This document shows positions 59,315 to 64,000 of a DNA stretch of 64,000 nt, piece after piece (position 1 is the stretch's first letter; each line of letters starts with the position of its first letter). A model generated the notes under the pieces. That model searched no databases. It saw only the letters and a list, made by a program, of their open reading frames with translations, and had not been told where the DNA came from. The DNA comes from Bacteroidota bacterium (GTDB taxonomy: Bacteria > Bacteroidota > Bacteroidia > Bacteroidales > UBA12077). The stretch covers positions 938,406-1,002,405 of the forward strand of contig JAHLLG010000002.1 of NCBI GenBank assembly GCA_020444275.1. Direction: 5' to 3'. Made by a program: the position numbers and the translations under genes.

Positions 59315-60564
59315 ATATAAAAAAACTATTAATTCTTATATACAAAGATTTTCTCGTTTTATTAAATGATAGAGCGGGTTTAGGTTATATGTTTGTGCTG
59401 CCTGTGTTTCTGGTATTTATAATGGTTGTTATTCAAGATTCATCCTTCAAAGCGGTTAATGATTTCAATATTAACATTGTGATACAGAACAGCGATAAAG
59501 ATACCTTAGGTAATACGATTGTCAGAGAATTAAAGGAATCAGGTTATTTCACAATTAAGTTAGACACACAAAATAATAGATCAGAAATTGAAAATCTGGT
59601 TGCTAAAGGCGAATATAAAATTGGGATTATCATACCCGATAGTTCTACATATAAACTCAAAAAGGAAATTCTTAAAAATGTAAGCAAGGCTTTTTCATCG
59701 GGTAAATCACAAAAAACAAAACAGTCCGATTCTACCCGAATAGAAATATTCTTCGATCCGGTAACCCGGACCTCCTATAAGCGAATGATCTTGAGCATGC
59801 TGGAATCACACAATCAAAAGGTTAAAAACCAGCTTCTAATGGAACAAATCAACAGAAGAGTACCCTTTATAAAATCAGATATTGAAGTACGCGATATTAT
59901 AAGTTATAAAGAAAGTTATGCTTCCGTTGAAGATTCAAAGATTATCCCCAACTCAGTACAACATAATGTTCCGGCCTGGACGCTCTTTGCCATGTTTTTT
60001 ATTGTTATGTCGCTGGCAGGAAATATGATCAAAGAGAAAGATGACGGTAGTTTTGTTCGTTTAGTTTATGCTCCTTTCCCATTACATTATTATCTGTTAG
60101 CTAAACTGATTACGTACATGATTATCGGATTAATTCAATTCATTTTAATGATTTTAATGGGAATGTATATATTACCCTTATTCGATTTTCCCGCTTTAGA
60201 CATTAGCAATAAATTTCTATCACTGTTTATTATTGGACTTTTTGCCTCGCTTGCAGCTGTAGGATTTGGAATCCTTGTTGGATCGTTCGCTAAAACATAT
60301 CAACAATCGACAACACTGGGATCAATTGTTGTGGTAATTTTTGCTGCCATAGGAGGCGTGTGGGTTCCTGTATTTGCAATGCCTGCCTTTATGAGAACAA
60401 TTAGTATTATTTCTCCTTTAAACTGGGGCGTAAAAGCTTTTCATAATACACTGGTTAGAGATTTATCGTATACTGAAAGTATGACCGAAATAACATTACT
60501 AGCATTATTTTTTATCTTGTGTATGATAATATCTGCATTACGATTTAATATCAGGGATAATTAA
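59311..60564 (+). CDS. ABC-2 type exporter permease
   Basis: N-terminal TM, periplasmic loop, PNSVQHNVPAW, five further TM segments, SPLNWG; ATGA overlap with the ATPase gene. Confidence 0.92.
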   Translation: MNIKKLLILIYKDFLVLLNDRAGLGYMFVLPVFLVFIMVVIQDSSFKAVNDFNINIVIQNSDKDTLGNTIVRELKESGYFTIKLDTQNNRSEIENLVAKGEYKIGIIIPDSSTYKLKKEILKNVSKAFSSGKSQKTKQSDSTRIEIFFDPVTRTSYKRMILSMLESHNQKVKNQLLMEQINRRVPFIKSDIEVRDIISYKESYASVEDSKIIPNSVQHNVPAWTLFAMFFIVMSLAGNMIKEKDDGSFVRLVYAPFPLHYYLLAKLITYMIIGLIQFILMILMGMYILPLFDFPALDISNKFLSLFIIGLFASLAAVGFGILVGSFAKTYQQSTTLGSIVVVIFAAIGGVWVPVFAMPAFMRTISIISPLNWGVKAFHNTLVRDLSYTESMTEITLLALFFILCMIISALRFNIRDN

Positions 60565-60623
60565 CTCATATTCAACAAAAAATATTTTGCATAATTCAAA
60601 TAAAAAATACAATTTTGAATAAC

Positions 60624-60664
60624 CGACAAGAGAGAAAGTAAACCTTTCTCTTTTTTTGATGTCG
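60624..60664 (+). terminator. Terminator-like hairpin with outer helix; either the ABC operon terminator or a leader element of the S8 gene
   Basis: CGACA..AGAGAAAG-TAAAC-CTTTCTCT-T-tract..TGTCG. Confidence 0.6.
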
Positions 60665-60691
60665 AATCAGTAAATTAAAACGTAATAAAAC

Positions 60692-62284
60692 ATGAAAAAG
60701 ACACTTTTATTGTCCTCAGCCTTGCTAATATCCTTTATAACACTAGCTCAGAATGAAGCTAAAAAGGATTCAACACAACAAAAAGAAGATATTTATCTTA
60801 ACTGGTACAACAAATCACCTATTGATGACGAAATATTTGGTGCTGAAGTAGATAAAGCTTATCAAGAATTACTACAAGACAAAAAATCATCTACTGTAAT
60901 TGTTGCTGTCATTGATGGAGGTATTGACATAACGCACGAAGATCTGAAGAATAACATCTGGGTAAATACCGATGAAATAGCGGATAATGGTATCGATGAT
61001 GATAACAATGGTTATACCGACGATATCCATGGATGGAATTTCTTAGGTAATGCAGATGGTGAAAACATCTCTAATGAAACACTTGAAATTACCAGAATCT
61101 ATAGAAGATATAAGGATAAAGATGATTTAACAAAAGAAGAAAAGAAACTTTATAAAGATGCCAAAAAACTCTATAAAAAAGAGTTAAGAATGGTAAATAT
61201 GCAGAAAAAAGGTTTCGAAAAATTTAAGGACAAATACAACACAACCTATTCGAATATTACAGAAGCATTAGGTAAAGACACTCTTACTATTCAGGATCTT
61301 GATAGTTTAAAAGAAATAAACAAGAAACTGAAAAAGGATATTAAATTCCAGTATCGCTTTGTTAAATACGGTTTTTCATCTGCCATTTTTGATAAAATGG
61401 ATGATATGGTAAATGAGAGATTAGACTACCACCTAAACCTTGATTTTAATCCACGAGAAATAATTGGTGATGATGTATCAAGTCTGTCATCTGCAAATGG
61501 AAATAACAATGTGTATGGACCAGAAGCTTTCCACGGAACGTTTGTTTCAGGAATAATAGCTGCAGAGCGTGATAATGAAATCGGAATCAATGGAATTGCA
61601 AGCGATGTTCAGATCATGGCTTTAAAAGTAGTCCCTAATGGTGACGAGCGAGATAAGGACGTTGCCAAAGCAATTCGTTATGCTGTAGATAATGGTGCCA
61701 AAGTAATTAACATGAGTTTTGGCAAACAATTATCTCCTTATAAAAAGCTGGTTGATGAAGCAATTCTTTATGCCGAAGAGAATGGCGTATTACTGGTACA
61801 TGCTGCTGGTAACGATGGTTTTAATATTGATAAGGTAAAACAATACCCAACCAAGAATGTTAGCGAAACAAAGCAGATCAGTTCGTGGATTACCGTAGGT
61901 GCTTCATCAATGAGTAATACAAAAGGATTTGCTGCCAGCTTTACAAATTATGGTAAAGAAATGGTTGATATTTTTGCACCGGGTGTAAGAGTAAAATCCT
62001 TAACTCCGGAAAGCAAATACGAAGTTGCTGACGGAACTAGTTTTTCGGCTCCGGTTGTTTCAGGTGTTGCTGCACTTGTATTATCATATTATCCTGAACT
62101 ATCAGCTAATGAGCTAAAAGATATTCTTTTAAAATCTGTAAATAATTATGCAACGTTAGAGGTAAATAAACCGGGTGATTATTCTAAGCGAAAAAAGACT
62201 GTTCTATTTGGCGATCTTTCTAAAACTGAAGGAATTGTAAGTGCTTATAAGGCATTAAAACTCGCTGAAGAATTTAGTAAATAA
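60692..62284 (+). CDS. Secreted S8 (subtilisin-family) serine protease
   Basis: Signal peptide; VIDGG (Asp), FHGT (His), AAGN and GTSFSAP (Ser) motifs. Confidence 0.94.
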   Translation: MKKTLLLSSALLISFITLAQNEAKKDSTQQKEDIYLNWYNKSPIDDEIFGAEVDKAYQELLQDKKSSTVIVAVIDGGIDITHEDLKNNIWVNTDEIADNGIDDDNNGYTDDIHGWNFLGNADGENISNETLEITRIYRRYKDKDDLTKEEKKLYKDAKKLYKKELRMVNMQKKGFEKFKDKYNTTYSNITEALGKDTLTIQDLDSLKEINKKLKKDIKFQYRFVKYGFSSAIFDKMDDMVNERLDYHLNLDFNPREIIGDDVSSLSSANGNNNVYGPEAFHGTFVSGIIAAERDNEIGINGIASDVQIMALKVVPNGDERDKDVAKAIRYAVDNGAKVINMSFGKQLSPYKKLVDEAILYAEENGVLLVHAAGNDGFNIDKVKQYPTKNVSETKQISSWITVGASSMSNTKGFAASFTNYGKEMVDIFAPGVRVKSLTPESKYEVADGTSFSAPVVSGVAALVLSYYPELSANELKDILLKSVNNYATLEVNKPGDYSKRKKTVLFGDLSKTEGIVSAYKALKLAEEFSK

Positions 62285-62306
62285 AATATTTCAATATAAA
62301 TGTAAC

Positions 62307-62335
62307 AAGCACCTGTTAAGTCAGGTGCTTTTTTT
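62307..62335 (+). terminator. Terminator of the S8 protease gene
   Basis: AAGCACCTG-N6-CAGGTGCTT plus T-tract. Confidence 0.82.
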
Positions 62336-62371
62336 ATGGTATTCAATAAATAAAACAATATTTTAACAATT

Positions 62372-62932
62372 ATGAGTAAACGAGAACAGATACTAACTAC
62401 CACACTTAATTTAGTTGCTGAAATTGGTTTTCATGCCACATCTATTCCGCTAATAATTAAAAGGTCGGGAGCAGCAGCCGGAACAATATATTATTATTTC
62501 AAGAATAAGGAAGAGTTAATTGACACCTTATATTCAGAGCTTAGAAAAGAGATGGCACATGCCATTATACAAAACATTGATGCTGATATAACCTATAAAG
62601 AAAAGTTTATACTCATTTGGAAAAACTTATTTGCTTTTTATATTCAAAATCCTAAAAAATTTGAATTTCTTGAAGATTACGCCAACTCACCGTTCATAAA
62701 AAAAGAGATTAAGGCAATTAATCGAAGGCATTATCAATCGGCTATCAATTTTTTCGAATCAGGCATTAAGCTCGGAATCCTGAGAGAACTACCACTTGAT
62801 TTAATGATCAACACCGTTTTTGGAAATGTAGCTACCCTTTCCAGGATGGTTATTATGGAAGAAATTGATTTAACAGATCAGATACTTCACGATTGCATGC
62901 AATCAAGCTGGGATGCAATAAAAATTAACTAA
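62372..62932 (+). CDS. TetR/AcrR-family regulator
   Basis: GFHATS...AAGTIYYYFKNKEEL helix-turn-helix. Confidence 0.93.
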   Translation: MSKREQILTTTLNLVAEIGFHATSIPLIIKRSGAAAGTIYYYFKNKEELIDTLYSELRKEMAHAIIQNIDADITYKEKFILIWKNLFAFYIQNPKKFEFLEDYANSPFIKKEIKAINRRHYQSAINFFESGIKLGILRELPLDLMINTVFGNVATLSRMVIMEEIDLTDQILHDCMQSSWDAIKIN

Positions 62933-62961
62933 AAAAACAGTCCGTTAGGACTGTATCTTTT
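62931..62961. terminator. Bidirectional terminator between tetR and rubredoxin
   Basis: ACAGTCC-GTTA-GGACTGT with flanking A/T tracts. Confidence 0.7.
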
Positions 62962-63115
62962 ATAAAGGTTCGTAATCTTTTTTGGTTACACCACATATCG
63001 GACATTTCCAATCATCAGGAATATCTTCGAATGGTGTTCCGGCAGCAATACCACCAGGTATGTCGCCTACTTCCGGGTCATAAATATGACCACATACTTT
63101 ACATTTATACTTCAT
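62960..63115 (-). CDS. Rubredoxin (51 aa, below the ORF-track cutoff)
   Basis: Hand translation: [51 protein letters not shown], with two CxxC motifs. Confidence 0.95.
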   Translation of the reverse strand: MKYKCKVCGHIYDPEVGDIPGGIAAGTPFEDIPDDWKCPICGVTKKDYEPL

Positions 63116-63126
63116 ACTATTTCATT

Positions 63127-64000
63127 TTATGGTTTTACTTTTCTAACAGAATCTATAATTGTACCATCTACCCATTTAATCACCGCAACCAGCTCATCGT
63201 CAAAGTTGGCTTTAGCCGGCTTTCCGCAGATTTTTTCAGCCTCATCTTTTAGTTCTTCTATAGTTTTTATAGGTAAGGTAGAATCTTTCAATGCTTCAAT
63301 TAAATCTTTTCGCTTAGGATTAATTGCAATACCCCGTTCTGTTACAATCACATCAATTAATTCTCCAGGTCCGCAAATGGTAGTAACTTCATCGAGTATT
63401 ACCGGAATTCGATCTCTGAACAATGGTATCGGTAATATAACTGTTTTAGAGAATAAACAATTTTGCCAACCTCCTATTCCATGCAGCAATAATCCATCGG
63501 AGTGTGTTACTACGTTTGCATTGAAATTAACATCCACCTCGGTAGCACCTAATATTACTACATCAACTAATCCGGCAAAGTTACCTTTCCCATGATAGTT
63601 ATAACTTGTAAACGGACTGGTCCAAACATGATTTGGATTATCAGCCATAGATTGTACACCTTTTAAGTCGAAAGTTTGTCCATCCAATATATATTCTATT
63701 AATCCTTCTTCGAGCATGCTAACCAAGTATTTATTACTACCACCACGGGCAAACCTGGCTTTGATTCCTTCCTTTCGCATAATTTTAGCAAAGTAGTCGC
63801 CAACAGCTAACGAAGTGCCACCCGCTCCTGACTGAAAAGAGAATCCATCGCGAATAATTCCGGCTTCCCAACACAATTGCGCTGTCATTTCGGCCAACAG
63901 CAATCGATCAGGGCTTTTTGTTATTTGGGTTGTACCGGAAACTATTTTTTCAGGAATTCCAACCTGATCAACCTGAACAGTATAATCTACATAATTTCCC
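63127..64000 (-). CDS. citF: Citrate lyase alpha subunit (citrate:acetyl-ACP transferase); 5' end outside the window
   Basis: Frame is open to the window edge (GNYVDYTVQVDQVGIPEKIVSGTTQ); FQSGAGG, LGATEVDVNFNANV and DVIVTERGIAINP motifs. Confidence 0.9.
   Translation of the reverse strand, partial: GNYVDYTVQVDQVGIPEKIVSGTTQITKSPDRLLLAEMTAQLCWEAGIIRDGFSFQSGAGGTSLAVGDYFAKIMRKEGIKARFARGGSNKYLVSMLEEGLIEYILDGQTFDLKGVQSMADNPNHVWTSPFTSYNYHGKGNFAGLVDVVILGATEVDVNFNANVVTHSDGLLLHGIGGWQNCLFSKTVILPIPLFRDRIPVILDEVTTICGPGELIDVIVTERGIAINPKRKDLIEALKDSTLPIKTIEELKDEAEKICGKPAKANFDDELVAVIKWVDGTIIDSVRKVKP

Noticed and set aside
63031-63595. + strand ORFs of 73 and 169 aa
   Set aside because: Antisense shadows of citF and the rubredoxin.
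1-64000. CRISPR arrays, tRNA/rRNA genes, IS elements, selenocysteine read-through or frameshifted genes
   Set aside because: None was recognised by eye: intergenic gaps are short, no repeat-spacer pattern or transposase was seen, and TGA stops fall at normal protein ends. Dedicated tools were not run.

Overview
This is an AT-rich chromosomal window from a probably anaerobic Bacteroidota (Bacteroidales/Marinilabiliales-like). The taxon is inferred from TAnnTTTG promoter boxes, many signal peptides cleaved before Gln, and a complete moxR-DUF58-batA-E operon. Most genes are housekeeping or envelope genes: ettA, truA, a long RelA/SpoT homolog, patB, fprA, ptb, partial citF, several peptidases and two-component systems. 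Two genes are missing from the ORF track: a 51-aa rubredoxin (62960..63115) and a TPR protein truncated at the left edge (1..1127). I saw no tRNA, rRNA, CRISPR array or transposase. The strongest leads are: (1) a radical SAM/SPASM - small protein - methyltransferase - BtrH-like acyltransferase - ABC exporter cluster (54997..60564), which resembles the transfer/export module of flexirubin/dialkylresorcinol clusters but has no darAB or PKS genes; (2) an AOR-family oxidoreductase operon with a Tat-signal Fe-S subunit and a ModE-like palindrome over its promoter; (3) a chemoreceptor-like HAMP-GAF protein with no output domain and a structured 5' leader; (4) a class III nucleotidyl cyclase with non-canonical specificity residues; and (5) several candidate cis-regulatory elements and heptamer/octamer repeat tracts. 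All calls come from reading motifs by eye; no database searches were run.
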